Shown here: positions 1 to 9,360 of the stretch, in pieces
How the letters are laid out: every line of letters starts with the position of its first letter
Position numbering within the stretch: the stretch's first letter is position 1
Source of the DNA: Bacillota bacterium
GTDB taxonomy: Bacteria; Bacillota; Clostridia; Clostridiales; Clostridiaceae
Reading direction: 5' to 3'
Assembly (NCBI GenBank): GCA_032907345.1
Contig: JAJBWD010000222.1
Span: 1,550-65,549, forward strand
DNA length: 64,000 nt
Notes under the pieces: generated by a model
The model's database searches: none
What the model saw: the letters and a program-made list of their open reading frames with translations, nothing else
What the model was told of the DNA's origin: nothing
Translations under genes and position numbers: made by a program

Positions 1-260
1 AAATATTTACCAATGACAGATGTTCCTTTTAATTTTCCACCATGCTTCGCATATTCTTTATCTCTAATCCTGTTCCAAAAAATAGGAACCCATGGAGCGT
101 CCGCTTTCTATATTATCCATAAAAAAGTGCTTTCGTCAAAATTATCAACGTGCAAAGTTATACATTCTTTGCATATCTAAAATTTTTCACCCGTTCGATA
201 AGAAAAAAATTTAACTTCCTACATGGTACGACCGCATTTCTAACATGTTATTTTTGCCAT
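1..260 (-). CDS. Zn-ribbon protein, N-terminal part (gene runs off window start); readable only with TAG=Gln
   Basis: ATG 258-260 just after the stop of the upstream gene. Sequence MAKITC[TAG]KCGRTM[TAG]EVKFF... has 4 in-frame TAG and no TAA/TGA down to position 1. Confidence 0.5.
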
Positions 261-261
261 A

Positions 262-1374
262 TTAATCTCCTTTATACGGTATTCTTTTTACTATTTTTAC
301 TACCTTATTCTTTTTTTTATTACGACAGTCTTTACATATAGAATAAAAACCATCTTTACTGGAGGTATTTTTAGAATAAAAAATATTATGTGCTAGTTTA
401 ATCTATCCGCATTTAGAGCAACGTTTCCATTCACCTTTTTCTTTATTAGTATAGTACCATAAAAGATAATTTTTCGTAGCGGTTTCCGCAATCATTTTAG
501 GAATCTTATTCCGCCAAAGAGAAGATATATACTATATAGAATAGTGAACATTATGTTCTTGCTACAAAAGAGATTGAATCTAAAGATTAGTTTTTCCATC
601 TATTTTATAAATCAAAAGACTATAATAAAGAGGAAAGTCTTTTTCAAAGGTCTAATCCACTATTTTATCTAATGCTTCCATAAGAAAATAACCATCTGTA
701 TAAAATTTACCATAACAACTTTCTTTTAATCGAGAATAATTACACAAAAGAGCAGAAACATGTTTAGGGTTCATAAATGATATTAAACTCTTATCTTCTA
801 TTTCTCCATTTTTCATTGTTATATTATCATCAAAATTTAAAGAATAAAAATTTTTAATACCATTTAAACAATTTATAGGCTGTTTGTATGAGTTTTTTAA
901 AACATATTGATCTTGACGTAATTGAATAACTTGTTGTTTTAATATAAAACGATTTTTCCCTTTAGCCTTTTTCTCGCGGGCTTCGGTTTCCGCTATAGCC
1001 TACTGTAACTGTTTAAGACCAGGAATAGTTTCAATATCTTCTGCCGTAATAGATATTTTAGGTGTAAAAATAATATTTTTATCATCCGTTATTAAATTAT
1101 ATATTCCATCTTCACCGTTCTAAAATTTACTCACTAACCCCTAAAAAGATTTTTCTCTTTTGTTTACCGTAATCATTCTATTACTTGTATTTATTAATTT
1201 ATCTTTTTTCTCTTGTTTTGTCATAGCAAATATAATATAATCAGCCATTACTTCTAAATATTTTTTTGTTATTTTTTCAGGAGGTAGAGAATCTATTATT
1301 TGTTGGACTAAGGCAGTTCGTGCCTATGGAGACTAAATAGTATAATCTAACTTTAAATTTTTTGAATCTTCCAT
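262..1374 (-). CDS. hypothetical protein (370 aa) with C-terminal CxxC...CxxC Zn-ribbon; TAG-recoded
   Basis: RBS AAGGAG + ATG 1372-1374, TAA 262-264, length divisible by 3. 10 in-frame TAG; no long ORF in the standard code. Confidence 0.6.
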
Positions 1375-1527
1375 TTATAAGATTCTCCTTTCTTGACCTT
1401 ATATTTTTAGTATACCAAAAATTTTTGTACAAATCAAAGTAGCTTAAATAGCAAATTGACTTGTTTTTTTGAAATTTTTTTGATATAATATTTTTAGAAA
1501 ATGAAAGACAAGAGAAAGGAAGAAAAA

Positions 1528-2313
1528 ATGGAAATGATTAAAGGTGGCGATTTACATAATAAAATATTAAATTGGAATCCCTGTCTTATATATCAAAAAG
1601 ATGATTTAATTAATTTTAATGGATATATCTTTAAATCTCTCCAAGATTGTAATAGTTGGCATCCTAATTATTACCATGCGTGGAAACGATTAACAAAAAA
1701 AGAAATAAAAAATATTTCTTCTTATAACAATAGTAATATGCAAAAAGGTTGTGTGTTAACATGGCATGGTATTCCTGTAGATTCTTATAAATCTTTTAAA
1801 ATATATACAGAAGGAGACCTTGTTGAATTTAATGGAGATATTTTTAAATCTCTTTATTCTCAAAACACTAATAATCCTATTTATAAATCTTCTTGGAAAC
1901 AATTAACAAGAAATGCAAAAGAAATAGTAGAAGAATGGGAAGAGAATAAACTTTATACTCGATATGATAAAGTAAAATATAAAGGTTTTATTTATGTATG
2001 CGAAGCTCATAAACTAAACGGTTCTACTCCTCCACCTGAATCTCTGTGGTGGAAAATGTGGGGAAATGTTAACGATGACCTCGATGAAAAACCTACTACA
2101 ATTAAAGTAAATAATGATAGAATAGGTGATATAACAGCAGATAATGTTGTTATTTACGGCAACCATACGGGAGACATTTCCGCACCTGGAGAAAAATCTG
2201 TTGTTGTAATTTTTGGTGATGTAACTGGTGATATTACTGCCAATCAGGTAATTCATCTTGATAATTCAGACTCAGAAGAAGTTAAAGCTATGTTTTTAAA
2301 TAAACAAGGCTAG
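1528..2313 (+). CDS. protein with three CBM5/12-like repeats and a bactofilin-like GD(I/V)T-repeat C-terminus
   Basis: ORF track 1501..2313; ATG 1528 has RBS AGAAAGGAAG. Repeats Y..GD.V.FNG.IFKS...W. Tail GDITADNVVIYGNHTGDISA...GDVTGDITAN. Ends in TAG, so the true end may be TGA 2362-2364. Confidence 0.55.
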   Translation: MEMIKGGDLHNKILNWNPCLIYQKDDLINFNGYIFKSLQDCNSWHPNYYHAWKRLTKKEIKNISSYNNSNMQKGCVLTWHGIPVDSYKSFKIYTEGDLVEFNGDIFKSLYSQNTNNPIYKSSWKQLTRNAKEIVEEWEENKLYTRYDKVKYKGFIYVCEAHKLNGSTPPPESLWWKMWGNVNDDLDEKPTTIKVNNDRIGDITADNVVIYGNHTGDISAPGEKSVVVIFGDVTGDITANQVIHLDNSDSEEVKAMFLNKQG

Positions 2314-2363
2314 ACTAAAACGTATCATGATGAACTTTAGGAATCTACGGAGTGTTTGATGTG

Positions 2364-2621
2364 ATGTTAAAAATAGAAGATTTTAGTGAATTTGGAGTTA
2401 GAGAAATTCTTCTTTCTTTTGAGCAATTTACAAGAGAAGGAAAAGATATGGAAATTAATTTGAATTTCTGTGCGGAACCCGCCCGTGATAATGCATGGTA
2501 TCAAATTAATATCGGTGAATGTTTTGAAGATGAATATAAAAATTTAGAGGAGCACCGCTTTAATAGTTTAAAAAAGGCTATTAAATGGTGGAATAAATAT
2601 TTTGAGGAAAATGAAAAATGA
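2364..2621 (+). CDS. hypothetical protein (85 aa)
   Basis: ORF track 2352..2621; first ATG at 2364. Confidence 0.5.
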   Translation: MLKIEDFSEFGVREILLSFEQFTREGKDMEINLNFCAEPARDNAWYQINIGECFEDEYKNLEEHRFNSLKKAIKWWNKYFEENEK

Positions 2622-2817
2622 ATGGATTCCGTTAACGAAGAGACCACCAGAAGATGGCGAAAGAGTACTCATAACCTACGATAAAAATGTTATCAGGGCT
2701 ACATGGGATGAAATGAGAGGATATTTTTACGACACAAGTGCAATGGCTCTTGATAGAGATTTTGTTTCTGCATGGATGCCACTTCCTGAACCGTATAAAG
2801 AGGAGGAAGAAGAATGA
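2611..2817 (+). CDS. DUF551-like small protein
   Basis: ATG 2611 after GAGGAAA. Has NEWIPL...WMPLPEPYK, the pattern typical of DUF551 phage proteins. Confidence 0.55.
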   Translation: MKNEWIPLTKRPPEDGERVLITYDKNVIRATWDEMRGYFYDTSAMALDRDFVSAWMPLPEPYKEEEEE

Positions 2818-2984
2818 ATCACGATTATGCACATTGTTCAGATTTTAAAGAAACTTGTCCGATGAATTGTTTTCGGGCACAGCTTGTAAGAGATTTAAGA
2901 TTCAATCCGCAAAAATTTGTGTCTTGGATTCATTTTCGTGATAGTGGAGAATGTCCACTAGATAAAGCGGAGAAAGAATTATGA
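2814..2984 (+). CDS. small Cys-rich protein (56 aa)
   Basis: ATGA overlap with the upstream stop. MNHDYAHCSDFKETCPMNCFRAQ...; below the 60-aa ORF-track cutoff. Confidence 0.5.
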   Translation: MNHDYAHCSDFKETCPMNCFRAQLVRDLRFNPQKFVSWIHFRDSGECPLDKAEKEL

Positions 2985-3160
2985 CACATAAAGAATTAAT
3001 GATTGAAGTCGATATGCTCAAAGGTAATATCAACCGTATGATGGTTACAAAAGACCCACAAGAATTACAGAAAATGCATGAGATTGCGGAATATAGATTG
3101 TATAAAATCTATAAAGCAAGGGTTATAGAATTAGATAAAGCGGAGGAAGATAATGAGTGA
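2981..3160 (+). CDS. hypothetical protein (59 aa)
   Basis: ATGA overlap with the upstream stop; ends in the AATGAGTGA coupling motif. Confidence 0.45.
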   Translation: MTHKELMIEVDMLKGNINRMMVTKDPQELQKMHEIAEYRLYKIYKARVIELDKAEEDNE

Positions 3161-3320
3161 CACAGAATGGTACGGTGGATATTATTCTCCTAATCCTGAT
3201 TATAAAGACGATGAATCAATTTATCGTGGTTATCACACATATGATTCTTTTGGTTACCAAATGGAGCACATTATGGAATTTGATGATGATGGAAAGGTAG
3301 TGAGGGAAGACAATGAGTGA
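3153..3320 (+). CDS. hypothetical protein (55 aa)
   Basis: The same AATGAGTGA start/stop overlap occurs at both ends. Confidence 0.45.
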   Translation: MSDTEWYGGYYSPNPDYKDDESIYRGYHTYDSFGYQMEHIMEFDDDGKVVREDNE

Positions 3321-3621
3321 TTATATCAGCAGAGAGGATACGATTAATAAAATCAACGAACGGCAGGAAAAGTTGATTTATTGTTTTGGCTCTGAGAATG
3401 ATATGGTCAAGACAATGGATATTGCAAAAAGCATTATAATCGCAGAACCGCCTGCCAATGTTGCTCTAGTGGTACATAGTCAATGGGTACTTGGGGGATA
3501 TGATGATATGTATTATGTCTGTGAAGAATGTGGACATAAGCAGTCAGAATATTATACAAAACCTACAGCGAATTTCTGCCCCAACTGCGGAGCAAAGATG
3601 GATGGAGGTGTGTCTGAATGA
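3313..3621 (+). CDS. Zn-ribbon protein, paralog of 3618..3920
   Basis: ORF track. C-terminus CEECGH...NFCPNCGAKMDGG is shared with the next gene. Confidence 0.65.
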   Translation: MSDYISREDTINKINERQEKLIYCFGSENDMVKTMDIAKSIIIAEPPANVALVVHSQWVLGGYDDMYYVCEECGHKQSEYYTKPTANFCPNCGAKMDGGVSE

Positions 3622-3920
3622 GTGACAGAATGACGTTTCCAGACACAGTAGAAGAATTTATGGATACATACAAGGTAGTTGACCGTGATGGATATTACAT
3701 GAGCAAAGGAACAGAACTTGTACCTGTGTTCCGTATGAAACAGTGGTTTGAGCATTTATCGACTGCCGATGTTGTACCTGTGGTACACGGGGAATGGATA
3801 AGTGAGTGTGAACCTCATTATGAGTGTTCAGAGTGTCACCATTGGTTTCATTTATATCAATATATGAACTATTGCCCAAACTGCGGGGCAAAGATGGATG
3901 GAGAGGAAAGAGTAAGATGA
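3618..3920 (+). CDS. Zn-ribbon protein, paralog of 3313..3621
   Basis: ORF track. C-terminus CSECHH...NYCPNCGAKMDGE. Confidence 0.65.
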   Translation: MSDRMTFPDTVEEFMDTYKVVDRDGYYMSKGTELVPVFRMKQWFEHLSTADVVPVVHGEWISECEPHYECSECHHWFHLYQYMNYCPNCGAKMDGEERVR

Positions 3921-4063
3921 ACTGGAATGTATTTGTAGCGACCGCAAGTTTTATAGCAATGGTTATAAATTTTTTAAAAGTAAAAGAAGCGAACCATTTT
4001 TACAATGCATTAATCAATGCAGTAATATGTGGTGTTTCGATAGCGATGGTAGTTAAAGGATGA
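3917..4063 (+). CDS. small membrane protein (48 aa), paralog of 4511..4681
   Basis: ATGA overlap. MNWNVFVATASFIAMVINFL... Confidence 0.45.
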   Translation: MNWNVFVATASFIAMVINFLKVKEANHFYNALINAVICGVSIAMVVKG

Positions 4064-4066
4064 TAT

Positions 4067-4264
4067 ATGATTAATCTTTTTGAAAAACATAAAAAGAAAC
4101 GAAACGGTTCTCCAATAGGTGTCCAAAGTTTACATAATGAAGAGATGTTTGTTTGTCAATATGATGAAGATATTGAAGATTTTAAATGGATAAAAATAAA
4201 AACTCCTGATTTTGTAAAAGAAAGTTTAAAAGTAAAAACAAAAATGGTAGGAGAAGAAGAATAA
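4067..4264 (+). CDS. hypothetical protein (65 aa)
   Basis: ORF track. Confidence 0.5.
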   Translation: MINLFEKHKKKRNGSPIGVQSLHNEEMFVCQYDEDIEDFKWIKIKTPDFVKESLKVKTKMVGEEE

Positions 4265-4270
4265 TAAAAA

Positions 4271-4495
4271 ATGGAACAGAGAAAATTTTTAAGACTTACT
4301 AAATATAGTACTGGTAAATGTATTTTAATACCAATTGATAATATTATAACGATAGAAGAGCAAGAAGTAATAGAAAAAAATACAAATAATATTATAGTAA
4401 AAGTTGGTTTTCAATCTTTTAATGATATAAGATATGTTTTTGTAAAAGAATCTATTAAAGATATTACTCAAGGTTTTGTATTTACTATATTATAA
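4271..4495 (+). CDS. hypothetical protein (74 aa)
   Basis: ORF track. Confidence 0.5.
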   Translation: MEQRKFLRLTKYSTGKCILIPIDNIITIEEQEVIEKNTNNIIVKVGFQSFNDIRYVFVKESIKDITQGFVFTIL

Positions 4496-4510
4496 AAGGT
4501 TAAATAAAAT

Positions 4511-4681
4511 ATGAATTGGAATGTTCTTATAACAGGGATATGTTCAATGGCGACATTTCTTAATGTAAAATTTTTTTCAGATGAGTCTGAGGATACGCCT
4601 GTTTTTATATGTAATATTATAATTTTTTTAATTATAGCAATAGCATCCGTAATAAATAATGCATTACAAGGAGGTGTATAA
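4511..4681 (+). CDS. small membrane protein (56 aa)
   Basis: MNWNVLITGICSMATFLNV... resembles 3917..4063; TAA 4679-4681. Confidence 0.45.
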   Translation: MNWNVLITGICSMATFLNVKFFSDESEDTPVFICNIIIFLIIAIASVINNALQGGV

Positions 4682-4682
4682 A

Positions 4683-4847
4683 ATGGTATTAAATCCATTA
4701 TTGTTAGTAGTAGTTACTATTGGCGCATTTCTATTATGGTGTGCGCTTAATATTTTCTTTCCTTTTATTGGCAGCGTTATAAATGATATGAAGGAAGATA
4801 TAGAAAGAAGTTTAAATAAAGAAGAAGAAGAAGAAGAGGAGGAGTAA
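4683..4847 (+). CDS. small membrane protein with poly-Glu tail (54 aa)
   Basis: RBS AAGGAGG + ATG 4683; one TM segment, then EEEEEEEE. Confidence 0.5.
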   Translation: MVLNPLLLVVVTIGAFLLWCALNIFFPFIGSVINDMKEDIERSLNKEEEEEEEE

Positions 4848-4855
4848 AAATTTTT

Positions 4856-5794
4856 ATGAGAAAAAATGGAAAAGTAGGCGGAGTTACTATTGCTGCTATT
4901 TTGGTATTGGGGATTCTAGGTCTAATGTTGTTTACGACCAAGATTCCCGCAGGTTACGCAGGTATTGTTTATAATATGAATGGTGGAATTGAAGAGAACG
5001 TCCGCCATCAAGGTTGGTCAATTGTTTCTCCTACTAAAACAGTAACTAAATATACTATAGCAAGAGAACAGTCATATATGACAAAGGATAAGCGCGGAGA
5101 CTCTGAGGAAGATGAGAGTTTTGAGATTCCTACTAGAGAAGGCGCATCTCTTGAAGTAGACGTTGCTTTTGGTTATACTTTTGATATTAATCGTCTGCCT
5201 GATACTTTTAATAGATTTAGAGGACAAAGCGGTAAAGAGATTCTTGATAGTTTTATTAAACCTACTATGCAAGGTTGGATAAAGGAAGTTACTCCTCGTT
5301 ATGGTATGGTTGAAATTGTTAGTAAGCAAAGAGGAGAAGTTAATGCTGCTCTAACTGAAGAAATGCAGAAGAGATTTGATAAATATGGTATTATTATTGA
5401 TACTGTAACGTTGACCGATGTCCGCCCTGATGAAGATACCGATAAGGCTATTAGAAATAAGATTAAGGCACAAGAGGAACTTGAAAAAGCAAAGATAACT
5501 GCGGAAACTGATAAGGTGAACGCGGAACGTGATAAGGCGGTTGCGATTATTAACGCAGAAAAAGAGAAAGAAACTGCCGCAATTGAAGCGGAAAAGGCTA
5601 AGATTAAGGCGGATGGTGCTGCCGCCGCACGGGAGACTGAATCTAAGGCGGAAGCTGAAGCTATTAAGAGAATCTCTGGCGCGCTGACTAATGAATATAA
5701 TGAGTATATTCATAATAAACAGTGGAATGGTGCGGAACCGCAAATTGTTGGCGGAAGTGCAACTCCTATTGTTGATATGAGGAATGGACAATGA
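4856..5794 (+). CDS. SPFH/Band-7 (prohibitin/stomatin-like) membrane protein
   Basis: 312 aa. N-terminal TM, PAGYAGIVYN...SPFH-like core, then a long A/E/K coiled-coil tail. Confidence 0.75.
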   Translation: MRKNGKVGGVTIAAILVLGILGLMLFTTKIPAGYAGIVYNMNGGIEENVRHQGWSIVSPTKTVTKYTIAREQSYMTKDKRGDSEEDESFEIPTREGASLEVDVAFGYTFDINRLPDTFNRFRGQSGKEILDSFIKPTMQGWIKEVTPRYGMVEIVSKQRGEVNAALTEEMQKRFDKYGIIIDTVTLTDVRPDEDTDKAIRNKIKAQEELEKAKITAETDKVNAERDKAVAIINAEKEKETAAIEAEKAKIKADGAAAARETESKAEAEAIKRISGALTNEYNEYIHNKQWNGAEPQIVGGSATPIVDMRNGQ

Positions 5795-5928
5795 TTAGGA
5801 AGATTTTAAAGCGGATTCCTAAGAAGGCTAAGGTATGGCGGCCGGTGTATTGTTGCCCTAGTTGTGAAGCAATCTTGCGGGAGGGTGATACTTCCTGCAA
5901 GCATTGTAAGCAGAAGGTGAGAGTATGA
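5791..5928 (+). CDS. small Zn-ribbon protein (45 aa)
   Basis: ATGA overlap. CCPSC...CKHC. Confidence 0.45.
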   Translation: MIRKILKRIPKKAKVWRPVYCCPSCEAILREGDTSCKHCKQKVRV

Positions 5929-6014
5929 TTGGAATGTAAAAATGGATTATTTTATAATAAGTTCAATATTTTTAAGTGGATTTGCGATAGGTTTTACTTT
6001 AGGAAGATTAATAT

Positions 6015-6140
6015 CTTAAAAATTTTTGGTACAGGGAATGTCGATGATGATTTTTATATTATCCCGTTATTTGATTTTTTAAAAATTTTTGGTGCACGTG
6101 ATTTGAAAACTTAAAAATTTTTGGTACGGGAGATGTCGAG
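6015..6140. repeat. three direct repeats CTTAAAAATTTTTGGT(A/G)C..G..TG..GA
   Basis: Copies at about 6015, 6078 and 6110. Confidence 0.8.
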
Positions 6141-6264
6141 ACCATAATCAATTTTAAAAATCAAAAAAATTTTTTCCCAAAAACCCACCCCCGTTAATAC
6201 CGAGAAAAAGGTTTTGGGAATACTGTGTAGAGACAAAAAACTAAATATAAACGCTGCGTAGAAT

Positions 6265-6310
6265 AGACCGCCCTAAAAATCGTATGATTTTATTTAGGGC
6301 GGTCTTTTTT
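6265..6310 (+). terminator. intrinsic terminator
   Basis: AGACCGCCCTAAA...TTTAGGGCGGTCT followed by TTTTTT. Confidence 0.8.
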
Positions 6311-6436
6311 GTATTTACGTATTTTTGCTCGGCGCGCGCAGGCCAATGCGCGCCGAGCTTTAGTGCGACAGCACGTATCCAGATTTCTGAATCCACAAAT
6401 CTGAAACAGGCAAAACTTATAGTTTTGCCTGTTATT

Positions 6437-6679
6437 TGTTAAATTTTTAACACAGTAAACTTATAGTTTTATTCATTTTGTGTGTTAAATTTTTAACACA
6501 TAAAATCATAGTTTTACCTATTTCGTGTGTTAAATTTTTAACACACGTAAGATAAAACATAGTATCTTCTTTGTTAAATTTTTAACACATCAATCTTATA
6601 GTTTTGTTCATCTCTTGTTAAAAATTTAACATTTTTTAACAAGATAAATTTTAGTATTTTCTTTGTTAAAATTTTAACA
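6437..6679. repeat. six iterons: palindrome TGTTAAA(T/A)TTTTTAACA spaced about 45 bp, each unit also carrying (A/C)TTATAGTTTT
   Basis: Palindromes at 6437-52, 6482-99, 6525-46, 6572-87, 6616-31 and 6664-79. Confidence 0.85.
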
Positions 6680-6789
6680 GACTTTAGCGCGCTAAATCAG
6701 TAAAGGGTAAACTGGATCAGTTAGACAAGGTTAATCGAACGAATGAAACTATCAAAATAAGTCATTTGATCGTTAATGATTTAACAATG

Positions 6790-6813
6790 TAATAATAATA
6801 ATAATAATAATAA
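6790..6813. repeat. (TAA)8 microsatellite
   Basis: Read directly from the sequence. Confidence 0.95.
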
Positions 6814-6816
6814 AGA

Positions 6817-6878
6817 ACAAACATTGTTAAACTATTAACAATCTAACACAGTACAAACATTGTTAAACTATTAACAAT
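6817..6878. repeat. two copies of ACAAACATTGTTAAACTATTAACAAT (contains palindrome ATTGTTAA-N4-TTAACAAT)
   Basis: Copies at about 6817 and 6853. Confidence 0.8.
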
Positions 6879-6897
6879 GTTCTTTAATACGTTAAAG

Positions 6898-6937
6898 CAA
6901 CAGAGTTTGTTTGTTAATTAACAAACAAACTCTGTTG
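6898..6937. repeat. 40-bp perfect palindrome CAACAGAGTTTGTTTGTTAA|TTAACAAACAAACTCTGTTG
   Basis: Read directly from the sequence. Confidence 0.9.
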
Positions 6938-7172
6938 TTCAAGATCAGCCAGAGCGGCCGCTGCAGGCCGAACAATTATACCACACATGAGACCAACTTG
7001 TCAAGAGGGAAAATGAAAAAATTTTAAAAAATTTTTTCATTCCTAAAATGCTATTGCTTGTTAAAAAAATGACACACTTTAGCGCGTTAAAAGATCAAAG
7101 TAAATCGTTTAAAAACGAAGATCTTAAAATTATCTGAAAATTAAAAAAATAGTCTGAAAATTAAAAAAGATG

Positions 7173-7201
7173 TTGACAAGTACGCCTTTTAGCGTTATAA
7201 T
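7173..7201 (+). promoter_or_regulatory. sigma-A type promoter (TTGACA-17-TATAAT)
   Basis: TTGACA 7173-78 and TATAAT 7196-7201, followed by the conserved 5'UTR ...ACCGATCGAGAAAGGGG..AAAATG. Confidence 0.75.
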
Positions 7202-7248
7202 TGATTTATCAAATGAAGCAAAGAACCGATCGAGAAAGGGGTTTTAAA

Positions 7249-7470
7249 ATGACTAACTACTTCGTACTTAATGCTAAAGGTGTTATGGTTGGAAACTTTA
7301 CCAATGAAAAGGAAGCAAAAGAGTATTTAAACAAGGGACTGAAAAGAGGATGGAAATGGACACTTGAAACTGTCACACACAATACTCGCGTTCCTGAAGT
7401 TTGGGAAATGGCAGGTTGTAAACAGGATACGACAAAAGTTGATTGGGGCAGGAATTGGATGCTTCAGTAA
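7249..7470 (+). CDS. hypothetical early protein (73 aa), paralog of 10307..10537
   Basis: RBS + ATG 7249. Shares ...LNKGLKRGW.WTLET..H..R.PEVWEMAGCKQD.TKV.WGRNWMLQ with the paralog. Confidence 0.7.
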   Translation: MTNYFVLNAKGVMVGNFTNEKEAKEYLNKGLKRGWKWTLETVTHNTRVPEVWEMAGCKQDTTKVDWGRNWMLQ

Positions 7471-7601
7471 AATAAAAAGGTTTGGTGAAAAACCAAACCT
7501 TTTTTAAAAATTTTTTTAAAAACCTATTGACTTTAACCTATAATGTGTTATAATAATATCATCAAAGGAAAACAAAAACCGATCGAGAAAAGAGGTACAA
7601 A

Positions 7602-8015
7602 ATGGCAACTTATTACTTTGATGTTGATGGTGTTCTTGCTGATTTTCATAGTGCATACGATGCAAAGAATAGAGGTCTTTCCCTTAGATATGACTTTATT
7701 AGGAATCTGAAACCTTTTGTACAAAATATCCTTTTGGTCAAGGCTTTAATCGAAGCAGGAAATGACGTTTATATTTCTGCCATGGTAGCAAATAAATATA
7801 CTGAAAAGGCAAGAATTGATTGGATTCATGAATTTCTTCCTGAAATAAATGATAGCCATATTATTACAATCATGGGCCATGGTAAAAAGCATGAACACAT
7901 GAAAACAAAAGACGGTATCTTGATTGATGATAAAAAGACTAATTGTAATCAGTGGAAAAAAGCTGGATTCGTAGCTATCTGGTTAGAAGAAAAGGGTGGA
8001 AAAATAAATCTTTAA
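7602..8015 (+). CDS. HAD-superfamily 5'(3')-deoxyribonucleotidase-like phosphatase
   Basis: N-terminal YFDVDGVLADF (DxDG motif) and ...ILIDDK... Second copy at 15223..15672. Confidence 0.65.
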   Translation: MATYYFDVDGVLADFHSAYDAKNRGLSLRYDFIRNLKPFVQNILLVKALIEAGNDVYISAMVANKYTEKARIDWIHEFLPEINDSHIITIMGHGKKHEHMKTKDGILIDDKKTNCNQWKKAGFVAIWLEEKGGKINL

Positions 8016-8025
8016 ATTTAAAAAA

Positions 8026-8059
8026 GGGGGTTGACAAACCTCAACCCCTTTGATATAAT
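8026..8059 (+). promoter_or_regulatory. fused terminator-promoter (hairpin GGGGTTGA-CAAACC-TCAACCCC carries the -35)
   Basis: TTGACA 8031-36, 17-bp spacer, TGaTATAAT ending at 8059. The hairpin is followed by TTTGATAT. Confidence 0.75.
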
Positions 8060-8102
8060 AAATACAGTTAAAGGAAAACACCGATCGAGAAAGGAGTACA
8101 AA

Positions 8103-8324
8103 ATGAAAACAACATTCATCTACATGGTAAACGGAACTGAGCTTTATTCTGAAAAGGCTTTCGGTCAGGAATGGAAAGAAGCTAAAGCAATTGCAAAAGA
8201 AGCCCATTGTGGAATTTACAGGGCAGTTGTTAAGGGCGAGGAAATCCGCTATGAATTCTTTGCTAAGGGCGGTTGCTTCCTGAACGAAAGATTTTATACC
8301 GATGAAAAGATTGAAATCTTTTAA
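8103..8324 (+). CDS. hypothetical early protein (73 aa), paralog of 8576..8797
   Basis: M.T.FIYMVNGTELY..KAFG.EWK.AKA.A..AHCGIYRAV...EE.RYEFFAKGGCFLNERFYTDEKI.IF. Confidence 0.7.
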   Translation: MKTTFIYMVNGTELYSEKAFGQEWKEAKAIAKEAHCGIYRAVVKGEEIRYEFFAKGGCFLNERFYTDEKIEIF

Positions 8325-8575
8325 TTATAAAAGTCTTGCTGTTTTCAGCAAGGCTTTTTGTTTTTTATCTAAGTTTCCGCAGGCGATCCCTGCGGGCCGA
8401 AAAATTATATCACATGCGTCAGCTAATTGTCAAGATGTAAAAATGCACAAATATTAAAGCTATACTGATCCCGTTTTTGGATATATTTTTTTTAAAAATC
8501 TATTGACTTTTTTCTATAGTATGTTATAATAATATCATCAAAGGAAAACAAACCGATCAAAGAAAGGGGTTTAAA

Positions 8576-8797
8576 ATGACTACAGAATTCATCTACATGG
8601 TAAACGGAACTGAACTTTATACTACTAAAGCTTTTGGAGAAGAATGGAAAAAAGCTAAAGCACTTGCAGAGCAGGCACACTGCGGAATCTACAGAGCAGT
8701 TATCAGAAATGAAGAAACTCGTTACGAGTTCTTTGCAAAAGGTGGTTGCTTCCTGAATGAAAGATTTTACACCGATGAAAAGATTAAAATCTTTTAA
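8576..8797 (+). CDS. hypothetical early protein (73 aa), paralog of 8103..8324
   Basis: ORF track; see the paralog. Confidence 0.7.
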   Translation: MTTEFIYMVNGTELYTTKAFGEEWKKAKALAEQAHCGIYRAVIRNEETRYEFFAKGGCFLNERFYTDEKIKIF

Positions 8798-8810
8798 AAA
8801 AAATAAAAAA

Positions 8811-8844
8811 GGGGGTTGACAAAACCTCAACCCCCTGATATAAT
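8811..8844 (+). promoter_or_regulatory. fused terminator-promoter
   Basis: Hairpin GGGGGTTGA...TCAACCCCC; TTGACA 8816-21; TATAAT 8839-44. Confidence 0.75.
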
Positions 8845-8892
8845 ATAATCATCAAAGGAAAACAAAAGCACCGATCAAAAAGGAGATTAAAA

Positions 8893-9090
8893 ATGACTAC
8901 TATCGCTATTAATTCTTTCGTAACTGTTACCTTTACTGAGAAAACTGCTCGCCTTTACAATCAGGCAATTGAGTCTGATAAGACTCTCGACAGGGCTTGG
9001 AAAGCCTATTGTGACGGGGATATGGATTATAACGATTTTGATGATTTCCGTTTTGAAAATTGGCAGATTTGGGAAAAACTTCTTTCCTAA
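8893..9090 (+). CDS. hypothetical early protein (65 aa)
   Basis: ORF track with the conserved 5'UTR. Confidence 0.6.
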   Translation: MTTIAINSFVTVTFTEKTARLYNQAIESDKTLDRAWKAYCDGDMDYNDFDDFRFENWQIWEKLLS

Positions 9091-9100
9091 TCTTAAAAAA

Positions 9101-9133
9101 GGGGTTGACAAACCTCAACCCCTTTGATATAAT
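9101..9133 (+). promoter_or_regulatory. fused terminator-promoter
   Basis: GGGGTTGACAAACCTCAACCCC; TTGACA 9105-10; TATAAT 9128-33. Confidence 0.75.
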
Positions 9134-9184
9134 AAATACAGTTAAAGGAAAGCGAAAGCACCGATCAAAGAAAGGGGTTCTAAA

Positions 9185-9307
9185 ATGACAAAAGAGATTC
9201 AGGCAAAGGTTGACGCATGGTACAAAGAGTATTGCAAAAAGAACGGCAAGGCTCCTACATGGATCGAATTGATAGAAGCCACAAAAAAAATTGAAAAAGG
9301 GGGTTGA
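9185..9307 (+). CDS. hypothetical early protein (40 aa)
   Basis: Conserved 5'UTR + ATG 9185. The TGA stop lies inside the next promoter's TTGACA. Confidence 0.45.
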   Translation: MTKEIQAKVDAWYKEYCKKNGKAPTWIELIEATKKIEKGG

Positions 9308-9360
9308 CAAAAAACTCCCTTTAGGCTATAATATAATCATCAAAGGAAAGGAGATAAAAA

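Noticed and set aside
6437-6679. Regularly spaced ~45-bp repeats that superficially resemble a CRISPR array.
   Set aside because: The repeats are AT-rich perfect palindromes. The 'spacers' themselves contain a conserved box (CTTATAGTTTT). Only six units are present and no cas genes are nearby. This fits iterons or operators better.
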